From Candidatus Aminicenantes bacterium (GTDB lineage: Bacteria > Acidobacteriota > Aminicenantia > Aminicenantales > Saccharicenantaceae), in NCBI GenBank assembly GCA_963717865.1, contig CAVQXL010000005.1, forward strand, positions 337,716-401,715: 64,000 nt of DNA, read 5' to 3'. This document shows positions 38,589 through 48,637 of the stretch, piece after piece. Numbering within the stretch: position 1 is the first letter of the stretch; each line of letters starts with the position of its first letter. The position numbers and the translations under genes were made by a program. The notes below the pieces were generated by a model. It searched no databases, was not told the DNA's origin, and saw only the letters and a program-made list of their open reading frames with translations.

Positions 38589-39888
38589 TCAGAAGAGCGA
38601 CATCTGGGGCCCATCCTCCGCGGCGTCGGGGCCGTCGTCGAAGAGGCGGACGCAGCCGTATTCGCCGTCGTGCCCGGGGACGATCTGGACCCGGCCCTTC
38701 CGCATCCGGTCGACGCCCTCGCCGACCCGCTCCGGGGCGAGGCGGCAGAGGTCGGCGATCGGGACCTCGGTCAGGACCTTGTGCTCGTCCCCGAACTCGC
38801 GGATGAACCGGAAGGCAGACGTCCCAGACGCTCTGGCAGTCCGGGCGTTTTCCCCAGGGCCTCGGCGACGATCTCGTTGAGGGGGATGAGGTTCAGGTAC
38901 GGGGATCCGGAACGGCGCCTCGACGTCCGAGCTCCGGTCGGCCAGCTCCTCGACCCGGTGCATGACGCCGATGGTCAGCCTCTTGCCGCACTTCGGGCAG
39001 ATATCGTTGTGGGCCAGGCTTTCCCCGGGGGTGAAGACGACGCCGCACTTGCGGTGGCCGTCGTAATGGTACTTTCCCTCCTCGGGGAAGAACTCCACGG
39101 TGTGGAGGAACTTCGACGGGTCCTTCGACCGCAGGGCGTCGATGAGGCCGGCGTAGCTGAAGTCCGTGTCGAAGACGTTGGCTTCCCGGCCGATCTTCGA
39201 CGGCGAATGGGCGTCGGAGTTCGAGACCAGGGCGTACCGGTCGAGGGCCGACAGCCGCCGGTTCATCGGCGGGTCGGAGGACAGGCCGGTCTCCAGGGCG
39301 AAGATGAAGGGCGTCATCTCCTCGAAGCACTCCTCGATCGCGTCGAACCCGGAGTTGGCGCCGAAGAGCGAGAACCAGGGGGTCCAGATGTGGGAGGGGA
39401 TGACCGCGCAGCGGGGGCAGGTGTCGGCGATCATCTTCAGGAATAGCCTGACGTCCATCCCCAGGATGGGCCGTCCGTCCGAGCGCAGGTTGCCGACGCC
39501 GGCGAGCTTGGTGTTGATCTTCTCGACCGACTCGAGGTCCGGGGCGAGGAGCAGGAGATGGACCTTCCGGACCTTTCCCATCTTGGAGTAGATGAAGCTG
39601 ATCTCGGTCGAGAGGACGAAGGCGACGTCCCTGGCGGACGGGGCGATCGCCTTGAGGTGGGGATTGTCCGGGGGTTGGACCGCCGTTCTTGAAGCGGAGG
39701 AATCCGTTCCCGGCCGGCTCGAGCTTTTCCTTCATCAGGAAGAGCCATTCCGGGTGGGTGAAGTCGCCCGTGGCCAGGAGCCGGACGCCCTTGGCCCGGG
39801 CCCAGCAGGCCATCGCGTCGAAGGTCATGTCCTTCGACGTGGCCCGCGAGAATTTCGAGTGAAGGTGGAGGTCGGCGACGAATTTCAT
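38589..39888 (-). CDS. endonuclease Q (EndoQ)-like PHP-type nuclease with zinc finger, 2 or more apparent frameshifts
   Basis: N-terminus MKFVADLHLHSKFSRATSKDMTFDAMACWARAKGVRLLATGDFTHPEW (ORF 38893..39888). The body with CPKCGKRLT (ORF 38589..39581) is in another frame. Confidence 0.55.
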
Positions 39889-39958
39889 GGGGAATTATGA
39901 GGTCCCAGTGTATGCTTTCCCGCGGGGGAATTCAAGCGACGGCGGGGAAGGCGGCCTC

Positions 39959-40936
39959 CTACTTCTTGATCTTGTCGATGGTGTCCAGGATGCCCTTGAC
40001 GACGGCCGCGCGCTCGCCCTCGGGCTCGAGCTCGAGGACCTTGCTCAGGTTCTGCCGGGCCATTTCGTAGTCCGCCTTGTTCAGGTACGCGAGCCCCAGC
40101 TTGTAATAGGGGTCGCTCCAGCCGGGCTTGATCTTGATCGCGAGGCTGAAGTAGGTGATCGCCTCGTCGAGCTTCTGGTTCGAGAAATAGATCTCGCCGA
40201 CGTTGTAGGCGAGCACCTCGTCCTCGGGGAAGGCCTCGATGGACTGCTTGAAGAACCCCTGGGCCGTTTCGAGGTCCCCCTTCTTGAGGTGGCATTCGCC
40301 GATCCTGGCCAGGGCCTTGGCGGTCATCTGCTTGCCGCCCTCCGTGTCGGTCTTGGCCTGTTCGAGGACGCCCGTGTAGGTCTCCAGGGCCGCGTCGATC
40401 TCGCCCTTTTCCCGAAGGCAGTCGCCGATGCTGATGTTGACCTGGTAAAGCTCGGGGTTGCCGGCCAGGATCTGCCGGTAGGTCACCAGGGCGCCGTCAT
40501 AGTTCCCGGCGGTGAAGAGCTGGTTGGCCTGTTCGATGAGGACCAGGGTGGCATCGTCCTGGGCGACGGGCCTGCCGCCGGCGCCGGCCTTTTTCAGGGT
40601 GACGGTGATGGCCGGATTCCGCTCGAGCTGTTTGACTTGGATGTCCATCGTCGCCGGCAGGTATCCTTCGGCCGTGGCGTCGAGCGTCCACTGGGTCGTG
40701 CCGAGGCCGATGATCGCCCATTCGCCCTTCTTGTCCGTCACGGCTTCCCGCTTGACGGAGTCGTTATCGAGGAGGGTGATCGTGACCTTGGCGCCGGGAA
40801 CGGCCTTGCCGGTCTCGTCCACGACCGTGCCTTTGATGCGGCCGGTGCCCCGTCCGGCCTGGGCGGCCGCGGACCCGACGACGAGCCCCACGCCAAGGGC
40901 GACGAGGGCGATATCGTGTTAATGTTCTTGATCTCA
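39959..40936 (-). CDS. secreted CarbopepD_reg-domain + TPR-repeat protein, apparent frameshift in the signal peptide
   Basis: GGAGG RBS and ATG at 40936 (MRSRTL..), then frame change into ..LVALGVGLVVGSAAAQAGRGTGRIKGTVVDETGKAVPGAKVTI.. followed by TPR-like repeats. Confidence 0.55.
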
Positions 40937-40952
40937 TGACAACCTCCGTTAT

Positions 40953-41855
40953 TCAGAGCTCGAAATCCAGGTCCTTCCGGACCCGGACGCCGTCGGCCCG
41001 GTTCGCGATCTCGGCCCTCAAGGCGTAGCGTCCCCGGCCTCCCGCCGGGAGGGCGGGGATCTCGAGGACGAAGTCGGTCCCGATGACCGACATCAGCTTC
41101 TCTTCCGTGAGCTCGATCGCCCGGTCTTCGCGGAGCGTCCCAGGCGGTCTTCCCGGACCCGTCCGTGATCTCGAAGGAAAGCTCGAGCGCCGTCGTGAGC
41201 CGCTCTCCCTCCGAGGTGAACCAGACGTTCCGATAAGGGATGCGGACGGTGATCAGGATCCCGCCGCTCCGCGGCCTCGGCCGACGGCGGCGCGGAAATC
41301 GAAGACCCCCTTCTCCGTCGGGACAGCGGGCTTGGAGTCCATCTGCGCCTTGTTGATCATGGCGATCTCCCGGGCGCTTTCGGACCTGAGCTCGTAGGTG
41401 CCGTTCCAGTCGCTGTCGACGAAGACGACCGGGAAGCTCCCGTAGTACCAGATCTCGGTCGGCTTTCCGTAGAACGATATGCCGCGCGGGTAGGCCTGCC
41501 GTTCCCAGGGCGGCCCGAGGAGGATGTGGATCCGGCCCCGGTCCTCGAGCCAGCCGTTGGGCCCGCCGTCCGAGAACAGGCGGTTGGCCTGCTCGATCCT
41601 CCGGTAGTACTCGTCCTTGAACTCGTTCGCTTCCGTGGCGGGCACGGGGTCCCGCTTCTTCCAGAACGCGTCGATGAGCTCGTCCCGGCCCGGGCCGGGG
41701 GTGTTCAGGAAGATCCGCCGCTCCTGCTTGGTGATGACGAACCGGGCCTCGGAAAGGAACTTCCGGTGCCCGGCGTCCATGTCCTTCGGAAGCCCCCCCG
41801 TCGCGCAGGAAACGGCGAGCGCCGCCCCCAGCAGCGGGAGGAACGCCGTTCTCAT
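40953..41855 (-). CDS. GWxTD-domain protein paralog 1 (secreted), apparent frameshifts
   Basis: MRTAFLPLLGAALAVSCATG signal. ..FWKKRDPVPATEANEFKDEYYRRIEQANRLF..NGWLEDRGRIHILLGPP.. (GWxTD-like). The C-terminus ..VRKDLDFEL* is in another frame. Confidence 0.5.
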
Positions 41856-43921
41856 TTCTTTTCCTTCAGGGATTCGACGAGCGTCCGGATCTTCTCCTGG
41901 GCGGGGCTGATCTCGAGGGACTTCTCCCAGATCGCCAGGGCCTCGGCGCTCCGGCCGAGCTTGAGGTGGCATTCGCCGATGGAGTTCATGACGTTGATGT
42001 TCGTCCCGTAGTGGCTCAGATATTCCTGGTAGTAGGCGATGGCCGTCTCGTAGTCCCCCCGGGCCTGGGAGGCCTGGCCGAGGAGCCCGGTGAATTCGGC
42101 CCTCTGCGGCCCCTTCATGAAGGGCTCGCCGACCCTCAGGACGGCCGCGGGGTCGCCCGAGGCGAGGAGCCACTTGCTGTAATCGAGGGCGTAGCGGGTC
42201 GAGGCCGGATCGGCTCTGTAGGCCCTTTCGAGCAGGCGGCCCGGCTTCCGCGAATTCCTTCTTGTTCAGGAGCTGGTTCCCGATGATGTTGGCGAAGAGG
42301 GGATCGCCGGACGGCGGGAGCGGCATGGACATGACGAAGGGCCGCGGCAGGGCGGGCGCCAGGGAGATGACGAATTGGGCTTCCCGGGCTCCCGCCTCCG
42401 CCCGTTCGCGTCGATGAGGGCGACCCGGAGCGTGTAGATGGCGGGCGTCAGCGAGGCCAGGGGGATCGCTTCGAAGATATCCGGGGCCGTGGGGTAGGAG
42501 GCGAGCGCTTTCGTCGCCGTGAACGCCGTCGCCTTGTCGTCGGCGATGGTGAACCGGAGACTGCCTCCGGCCTTCAGCGCCTCGGACATGCCCGCGACCT
42601 GGAAGAAGACGTGGAGGGTCTCGTTCCGGGCGAAATCGTTCCGCGGGGACGGCACGAGCTGGACGCCCCGGATGAGGTAAGGCTTGCTCATCCCCCGATA
42701 GGAGGAGTTCTCGATGATGCGGTTCGCCAGGACGAGGGGCTCGAGTCCCGGCCCGGATGCCGCGGGCACGGTGACCTGCGTCTCCGCCGAAGCGAATTCC
42801 TTCGAGACCATGTTCTTGACGAGGACGTTCACCCGGTAGGCGCCGGGCACGAGGGGGAAGAGGTCCTGGAAGCTGAACAGCCGGTTCCCGATCTTCTCGA
42901 CCTGGTCGCCGTCGAGCTCGATGGGGAGGGACTTCTCGTCCTGGTAAACGGGGGCGCCCTTCGGATCGGAGACGAGGATGTTGACCTGCAGGGTCGTATA
43001 GAACCGGTTCCCCTCCCCTTCGAGCGAGAGCTTGCGCGGCTCGATGAGGTAATGGACGAACGCCATCCCCGACGCGTCCCGGATGACGCTGGCGGCAAAG
43101 TCGCTGTCGATGTAATTGGCGGTGTATTCGACGCCGACGCTGTCCTTGTACTTGTAGAAGTTCTCGGCGTAGGCGTCCTTGACCTTCTCCCGCGGCGCCG
43201 AGGGGATCTTGGATTGAAGAAGGACCTCGGAGGCGATCGACGGTGTCGCGAGCCCCATGGAGGATTCCCCCGGGATCAGGGACATGGAGACGTAGGCGAC
43301 GCTCGGCTCGACCTCCATCAGCTGCCGGTAGGCCGAGAGGTAATCCGTCTGGTCGCCGGCGTATTGGATGAGCAGGGCTTGGGGGCCGTACTTGATCGGG
43401 CTGTACAGCTTCCATTCGACGTCCCCCCCCGGCTTGAAGAAGACGACGTTGAAGGCGTTCGGGAGCCCGTATTCGAGCTTCCCGTCGTAGAACCAGATGA
43501 TGCGTCGGGTAGATATTGGTGATGGTTCTCGAACTTGTCGATGGTGTTCGGCTCGCCGAGGATGATGTAGATCCGGCCCATCTCGGTCCGCCAGCCGGGC
43601 CCCGGCGAGTCCCGCCCCAGCCACTGGTTGGCGTAGGCGATGCGGCGAGTAGTGCTCCTTCTTGAACTCGTTCTCGGGCGTGTTGGGATTCGGGTCCCGC
43701 TGTTTCCAGAACGCTTCGATGAAGAGCTCCCGCTCCCGGTCGTTCTCCAGCTTGAGGAAGACCTCCTTCTCCTTGGGCGTGATGATGTAGACGACCTCCT
43801 CCTCGAGCCATTTTCTGTGGTTCGGGGGGAGGTTCTTGCTCGATTTTTGGGGAGAGGCGGAAATGCCGAAGCCGGAGAGGGATACGACCAGCAGGATCAC
43901 CGCGAGAAGGGTTTTTTTCAT
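41852..43921 (-). CDS. GWxTD-domain protein paralog 2 with C-terminal TPR region, at least 3 apparent frameshifts
   Basis: MKKTLLAVILLVVSLSGFG signal. ..FWKQRDPNPNTPENEFKKEHY.. then (other frame) MGRIYIILGEPNTIDKF.. The C-terminal TPR tail ..YYQEYLSHYGTNINVMNSIGECHLKLG..KEKK* ends at 41852 and overlaps the start of paralog 1. Confidence 0.5.
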
Positions 43922-44071
43922 TGCCCGGCCATTATAGGCCAGGCCCCGGGGGCATTTCAAGCCAATGAGGTGCCGTCGGGCCTTTCCCCGCGCCGAAAGG
44001 GCCGAAAAGCGCGCCGGACCCGCCGGACAGGGCGATTCCCGAGCAGGGAGCTGATGATTCAAGATATTGGA

Positions 44072-44110
44072 TTGAATTCAATTCGTTGGATATTTCCGCC
44101 GGCCGGAAAT
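44072..44110. promoter_or_regulatory. two perfect palindromes (TTGAATTCAA; ATTTCCG-N5-CGGAAAT) in the divergent intergenic region between GWxTD paralogs 2 and 3
   Basis: Read directly. Located 40-85 nt upstream of the paralog 3 start. Confidence 0.35.
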
Positions 44111-44149
44111 TTGTATCTTGCCGGACCGTATGCTATTTTAGGGGCCAGG

Positions 44150-46228
44150 ATGCTGATCATGAAACGAATTCTCCCCCTGGCCGTCGTCCTCCTCGCCGGC
44201 TTCCTGGCGGCCGCCGGCTCCGCGGCCGATGCTCTCTCGCCCGCCCAACGCAGCTGGCTCGAAGAGGTCACTCCGATCCTCACCAAGACCGAACGGGAGG
44301 TTTTCCTCAAGCTCCGGACCGACGCCGAGCGGGACAAGTTCGTCCGGTTCTTCTGGCGACAGCGCGACCCTCTGCCGGACACTTCGGAGAACGAATTCTA
44401 CAAGGAATACATGGATCGGGTCCAATTCGCCGACCGGTACTTCGGGATCGGCTCGGCCAAGCGGGGCTGTCTGACGGAGCGTGGGTTCTTTTACCTCGTC
44501 CTCGGGAAGCCCCTCGAGCGGAACGTCTTCGCGACGTTCTCCGAGTTCTGGCCGCTCGAGCTGTGGTTCTACAAGGGCGAGGAGGCTTATGGCCTTCCCG
44601 CGTACTTCTACCTCATCTTCTACCAGCCCGAGGGGATCGGGGACTACCGCCTGTATTATCCCGGGATCGAGGGACCCGAGAAGCTGGTCATCCCGAACGT
44701 CGGCACGCGGGCGAACACCCGGGCTTCGGCCGCCGAGATCCTACGGAAGACGAACAGCGAGCTTGCGAGCGCCGCCGTGAGCTATCTGCCGGGCGACCGT
44801 CCGCTCGGCTCCGGGTCCTTTTCCTCGGATAACATCATCGCGGCGGCCAAGGCCCTGCCCGAGAAGAAGTTCAACGACGCCTACGCCCGCGGCTATATGG
44901 ATTACAAGGACCGCGTGGAGACCGAATACGTGGACAACTATATCGGCGCCGGCGCCAAGGTCCGGCTCTTCCGGACCGCCGGCCAGCCCTTCCTCCACTG
45001 GTCCATCGAGCCCGACCGGATGAGCTTCGCCCAGCGCGGCGACGTCTTCTACGCCGGGTTCGAGCTCGTCGTCCGGATGGAGGACCTCAAGGGAAACCTC
45101 ATCCTCGAAAGGACCGAGGAGATCCCCGTCCGCCTGACGCCGGCCCAGTACAAGACCAACGAGCGCCGGCGGTTCGCTTTCCAGGACCTCCTGCCGCTCA
45201 TCCCCGGCGACCATAAGCTGTTCTTCCTGTTCAAGAACAAGACGTCCAGGGAGTTCACGTCCTTCGATACGATCGTTTCGGTCCCTCGCCCGAAGGACGG
45301 CCCGGAGCTCAGCAGTCTCCTTCTTCTCCACGGGCGCGAGCCGGTCGCCGACGGCCAGAGGGCGAATCTCAAGGCCTTCACGTTCGACGGCGTCCAGTGC
45401 GTCGTCAGCGCGAAGAACGAGTTCCTCCCCGGAGAGAGCCTGGAGGCCTATGTCCAGGCTTTCGGGCTCAAGGACGCCGCGGCGGACCCCGGGGCCGCGC
45501 TCGACTTCGCGGTCGCCTCGCTCGACGGCGGCGCCGTCGTCCTCGAGCGGAGGGTCTCCCTGGCCGACGTCGCGGCCGGCCCGGGAGGAAGCGTATTTTT
45601 CGGGCCCTTCGCCCTTGCGAGCGTCAAGCCCGGCTATTACAGGGCCGACGTCTCCCTCGTCGTCCGGGACAAGGCGGTCCTCTCGGAACGGGAGAATTTC
45701 ATCGTCCTGGCCACGCCCTACCCGGTCCTCCCTCTGGTCTATGCCAAGGTCCACGATCCGTTCCCCTCCGCCGAGCACCTCGGCGTCCTGGGCTCGGAGC
45801 ACTTCATGGCCGGCGAATACGACGCCGCCCTGGACCTCTTCCGTCGTTCCCTCAAAACGAAGGACGATCCCGCGACCTGGCTTTACGTGGGCAAGTCCCT
45901 GTTCGCCCTGGGCCGCTTCCGCGAGTCCCTCGCGGAGCTCGTCCCCCGCTACGAGGCGGCGCCCGAACGGGAGACGGCCAAGGTCATCGCCCTGGACCAC
46001 GCGGGGCTCAAGGATTGGGCTTCCGCCCTCGTTTACCTCGAAAAGCTCATGTCCGAGGCCACCGAGATCCCTGTGCTCAACCTCGCGGCGGAATGCCATA
46101 TGAACCTCGGGGAGCCGGAGAAGGCCCTGCCTCTCATCGAAAAATCCCTGTCCCTCAACCCGTCCCAGCCCCCGATGCGGGAGATGGAAGAAAGGGCGAA
46201 GAAGGGTCCCGGGCGCGAGTCCCGATGA
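44150..46228 (+). CDS. GWxTD-domain protein paralog 3 with C-terminal TPR region (intact)
   Basis: 692 aa, with signal MKRILPLAVVLLAGFLAAAGSAADA. ..FFWRQRDPLPDTSENEFYKEYMDRVQFADRYF..RGCLTERGFFYLVLGKP.. and a C-terminal TPR-like region. Confidence 0.65.
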   Translation: MLIMKRILPLAVVLLAGFLAAAGSAADALSPAQRSWLEEVTPILTKTEREVFLKLRTDAERDKFVRFFWRQRDPLPDTSENEFYKEYMDRVQFADRYFGIGSAKRGCLTERGFFYLVLGKPLERNVFATFSEFWPLELWFYKGEEAYGLPAYFYLIFYQPEGIGDYRLYYPGIEGPEKLVIPNVGTRANTRASAAEILRKTNSELASAAVSYLPGDRPLGSGSFSSDNIIAAAKALPEKKFNDAYARGYMDYKDRVETEYVDNYIGAGAKVRLFRTAGQPFLHWSIEPDRMSFAQRGDVFYAGFELVVRMEDLKGNLILERTEEIPVRLTPAQYKTNERRRFAFQDLLPLIPGDHKLFFLFKNKTSREFTSFDTIVSVPRPKDGPELSSLLLLHGREPVADGQRANLKAFTFDGVQCVVSAKNEFLPGESLEAYVQAFGLKDAAADPGAALDFAVASLDGGAVVLERRVSLADVAAGPGGSVFFGPFALASVKPGYYRADVSLVVRDKAVLSERENFIVLATPYPVLPLVYAKVHDPFPSAEHLGVLGSEHFMAGEYDAALDLFRRSLKTKDDPATWLYVGKSLFALGRFRESLAELVPRYEAAPERETAKVIALDHAGLKDWASALVYLEKLMSEATEIPVLNLAAECHMNLGEPEKALPLIEKSLSLNPSQPPMREMEERAKKGPGRESR

Positions 46229-46272
46229 CAAAATAGGCGGGCCGCGGGAGAGCGGTCCGGAAGGAGAACGCC

Positions 46273-47187
46273 ATGTTCAGGAAGCCGTTCCTTGCCGCCG
46301 TGATAATCCTGGCCGTTTCCGCGGCGGCCTGGCCCCAGGTCCAGGGGAAATTGATGGGCGTCGTCAGCGACGCGCAGGGGAATCCCCTGGAAAAGGCGTC
46401 GGTCCATATCGTCTCGACGAGGACGACGTCGATCGCCTACGAGCTCACGACGAACAAGGATGGACGGTTCCTCCAGGTCGGCATCCAGCCCGGCTATTTC
46501 CAGGTCACCGTCAGAAAGGACGGATTCAGGCCGCAGACGACCGAGGCCCGGGTCAGCCTGGCGGGCGAGACGAACCTGGAGTTCAAGCTCGAAACGGCGG
46601 ACGCGGTCGACCTGATGAACATCTCGGCCGCCGACAAGGTCTTCCTCAAGGGGAACAAGCTCTACGGAGATCAGAAATACGCCGAGGCCGCCGCGGCCTA
46701 CGAAGAGGCCGTCGGGATGAGTCCGTCCAACTGGGGCTATTATCTGAACCTCGGCCTGGCCTACAAGAAGCTGGACAAGAAGGACGAGTCGCTGGCCGCC
46801 TTCCGCAAGGCGGTCGAGCTCAACCCCGAAAGCTACAGCGCCAATAAGGAGCTGGGCGAGTTCCTGGCCAAGAGCGACGCGTTCGACGAGGCCAAGAAGT
46901 ACTATCAGAAGGCGGTCGAGCTCAGCCCGGACGATCCCGACGCCCACTTCAACCTGGGCGCCTGTCTGACCAACACGGGCGAGCAGGACGCCGCCCTGGA
47001 ACATTTCCGGAAGACGACCGAGCTCAAGGCCGATTACGCCGATGCCTATTACCAGATGGGGACGATCTACATCGGCCGGAACATGGTCCCGGAAGCCGTC
47101 CAGAGCCTCGAGAAATTCCTCGAGCTCGCCCCGACCCACGAAAAGGCGCCCCTGGCGAAACAGCTCCTTCAGTACCTTAAAAAATAG
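46273..47187 (+). CDS. secreted CarbopepD_reg-domain + TPR-repeat protein (paralog of 39959..40936)
   Basis: AAGGAGA RBS. Signal MFRKPFLAAVIILAVSAAAWPQ, then ..KLMGVVSDAQGNPLEKASVHIVS..KDGRF.., then four TPR-like repeats. Confidence 0.6.
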   Translation: MFRKPFLAAVIILAVSAAAWPQVQGKLMGVVSDAQGNPLEKASVHIVSTRTTSIAYELTTNKDGRFLQVGIQPGYFQVTVRKDGFRPQTTEARVSLAGETNLEFKLETADAVDLMNISAADKVFLKGNKLYGDQKYAEAAAAYEEAVGMSPSNWGYYLNLGLAYKKLDKKDESLAAFRKAVELNPESYSANKELGEFLAKSDAFDEAKKYYQKAVELSPDDPDAHFNLGACLTNTGEQDAALEHFRKTTELKADYADAYYQMGTIYIGRNMVPEAVQSLEKFLELAPTHEKAPLAKQLLQYLKK

Positions 47188-47193
47188 CCGCCC

Positions 47194-48216
47194 TCAGGGC
47201 CTGTCCGGGCCCTTTTTCGCCCGGTATCTCCGGACCGCGGCAAGATGCTCACGGTAGCTCCGGCTGAACGAATGGCGTCCCTCGGCGTCGGCGACGAAAT
47301 AGAGGTATTCCCCGGGGGCGGGGCTCAGGGCGGCCTGGAGCGATCCCTCTCCGGGACTGCAGATGGGTCCGGGGGGTAGGCCGGGAGAAACGTAGGTGTT
47401 GTACGGCGAGGGATGCCTGAGGTCCTTGAGGAGAAGCCGGCCGCGCCAAAGACCGTCCCTTTTGAGGGCGAAGATGACCGTCGGGTCGCAGTCGAGCTTC
47501 ATGCCGATCCGGAGCCGGTTGTGGAAGACCGCGGAGATGAGCGGTCTCTCTTCCGGGACGGCGGTCTCCTTTTCGATCAGGGACGCCATCGTCACGACCT
47601 CCCGGACGGTCATCCGGAGCTCGGCGGCGCGCCGGGCTTCCGCTCCGCCGAAGGCCTTCCCGAATCGCGCGGCCATCGTCGCCGCCGCGACGGAGGCCGG
47701 CGTGTCCTTCGCGAAACGGTACGTGTCCGGAAAGAGGTAGCCCTCCAGGTCCGGGGCCCGGGCGTCCCAGGACGCGGCGGGGCCGGGGTCCGCCGCGGCA
47801 TCGGCGAAGGACCCCTTGATCGGGAAGGCGGAAGCGCGGAAGAGCTCGTCGACCTCCGCGACCGTCAGCCCCTCGGGCACCGTGATCGGGCGCAGGAAGA
47901 CCTTTCCGGCGAGGAGCTTGCTCAGAACGTCGCGGGCGGCGGCCGGGAGGGCGATCTCGTATTCCCCGGCCTTGAGGGTCCGCCCGGCGTGAAAGAGGCG
48001 ATAGCCGGCCAGGAAGGCCCAGGGGCGGCGGATGATCCCCTCCGTCCGGAGGTTCCCGGCGATCGTCCGGACGCTCTGGCCGGGCGCGATCTCAAAGAGG
48101 ACCTTTCCCGCCGGCCCGGCGGGCACGCGGTCGTAATCGCGGACGAAGAACAGGGTCGCCGCGGCCAGGAGGGCGACGGCGAGGAGCAGGGCGGCGTTAA
48201 GGATTCTTCGAGCCAT
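47194..48216 (-). CDS. mltG: endolytic murein transglycosylase MltG (YceG-like)
   Basis: 340 aa, intact, with N-terminal TM anchor. ..GEYEI.. and ..YNTYVSPGLPPGPICSPG.. fit the YceG family. Confidence 0.85.
   Translation of the reverse strand: MARRILNAALLLAVALLAAATLFFVRDYDRVPAGPAGKVLFEIAPGQSVRTIAGNLRTEGIIRRPWAFLAGYRLFHAGRTLKAGEYEIALPAAARDVLSKLLAGKVFLRPITVPEGLTVAEVDELFRASAFPIKGSFADAAADPGPAASWDARAPDLEGYLFPDTYRFAKDTPASVAAATMAARFGKAFGGAEARRAAELRMTVREVVTMASLIEKETAVPEERPLISAVFHNRLRIGMKLDCDPTVIFALKRDGLWRGRLLLKDLRHPSPYNTYVSPGLPPGPICSPGEGSLQAALSPAPGEYLYFVADAEGRHSFSRSYREHLAAVRRYRAKKGPDRP
47197..47217. terminator. bidirectional rho-independent terminator (GGGCC-TGTCCG-GGCCC with flanking T/A runs) overlapping the last codons of mltG
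   Basis: Sits between convergent genes: AAAAAA upstream and TTTTT downstream on the plus strand. Confidence 0.55.
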
Positions 48217-48637
48217 CGGCGTCGGCGCGGAGCGTCTCCAGGTAGGTCGAGAGAATGATGACGGCGGCGATCTGGTCCTCGCAATCCTTCTTCCGCTTTC
48301 CCTTGACCTTCTGGTCCTGGAGGAAGTGGAGGGCCTGCTGGGTCGTCAGGCGCTCGTCCTGGAAGACGATGGGCTTGTGGACGGCCGCCTCGAGCCAGGC
48401 CGCGAATTCCCGCGTCTTCTCCGTCCGCGTCCCCGCGGTCCCGTCCATCCGCAGGGGATTGCCGATGACGATCTTCTCGATCGATCGGCCGGCGACGAGG
48501 TCCCTGAAGAACGCCTTGTTCTCTTTGTCGGAAGCCTTGAGTTCGTAGGTGCAGAGGGGCTGGGCCGTCAGCTGCAGGAGGTCGCTGACGGCGAGGCCGA
48601 TGTGCCTGTCCCCGTAATCGATCCCGAGGATCCTCAT
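48197..48637 (-). CDS. ruvX: Holliday-junction resolvase-like YqgF/RuvX
   Basis: MRILGIDYGDRHIGLAVSD.. 146 aa. Overlaps mltG and ddl at both ends. Confidence 0.85.
   Translation of the reverse strand: MRILGIDYGDRHIGLAVSDLLQLTAQPLCTYELKASDKENKAFFRDLVAGRSIEKIVIGNPLRMDGTAGTRTEKTREFAAWLEAAVHKPIVFQDERLTTQQALHFLQDQKVKGKRKKDCEDQIAAVIILSTYLETLRADADGSKNP

Noticed and set aside
41253-43811. 852-aa minus-strand ORF
   Set aside because: Chimeric read-through across GWxTD paralogs 1 and 2. Most of its translation is low-complexity R/P/G sequence, and only short segments coincide with the real frames.
47197-47217. The hairpin as purely intergenic
   Set aside because: It actually overlaps the last codons (..AKKGPDRP*) of mltG. 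It is kept as a probable bidirectional terminator but with reduced confidence.
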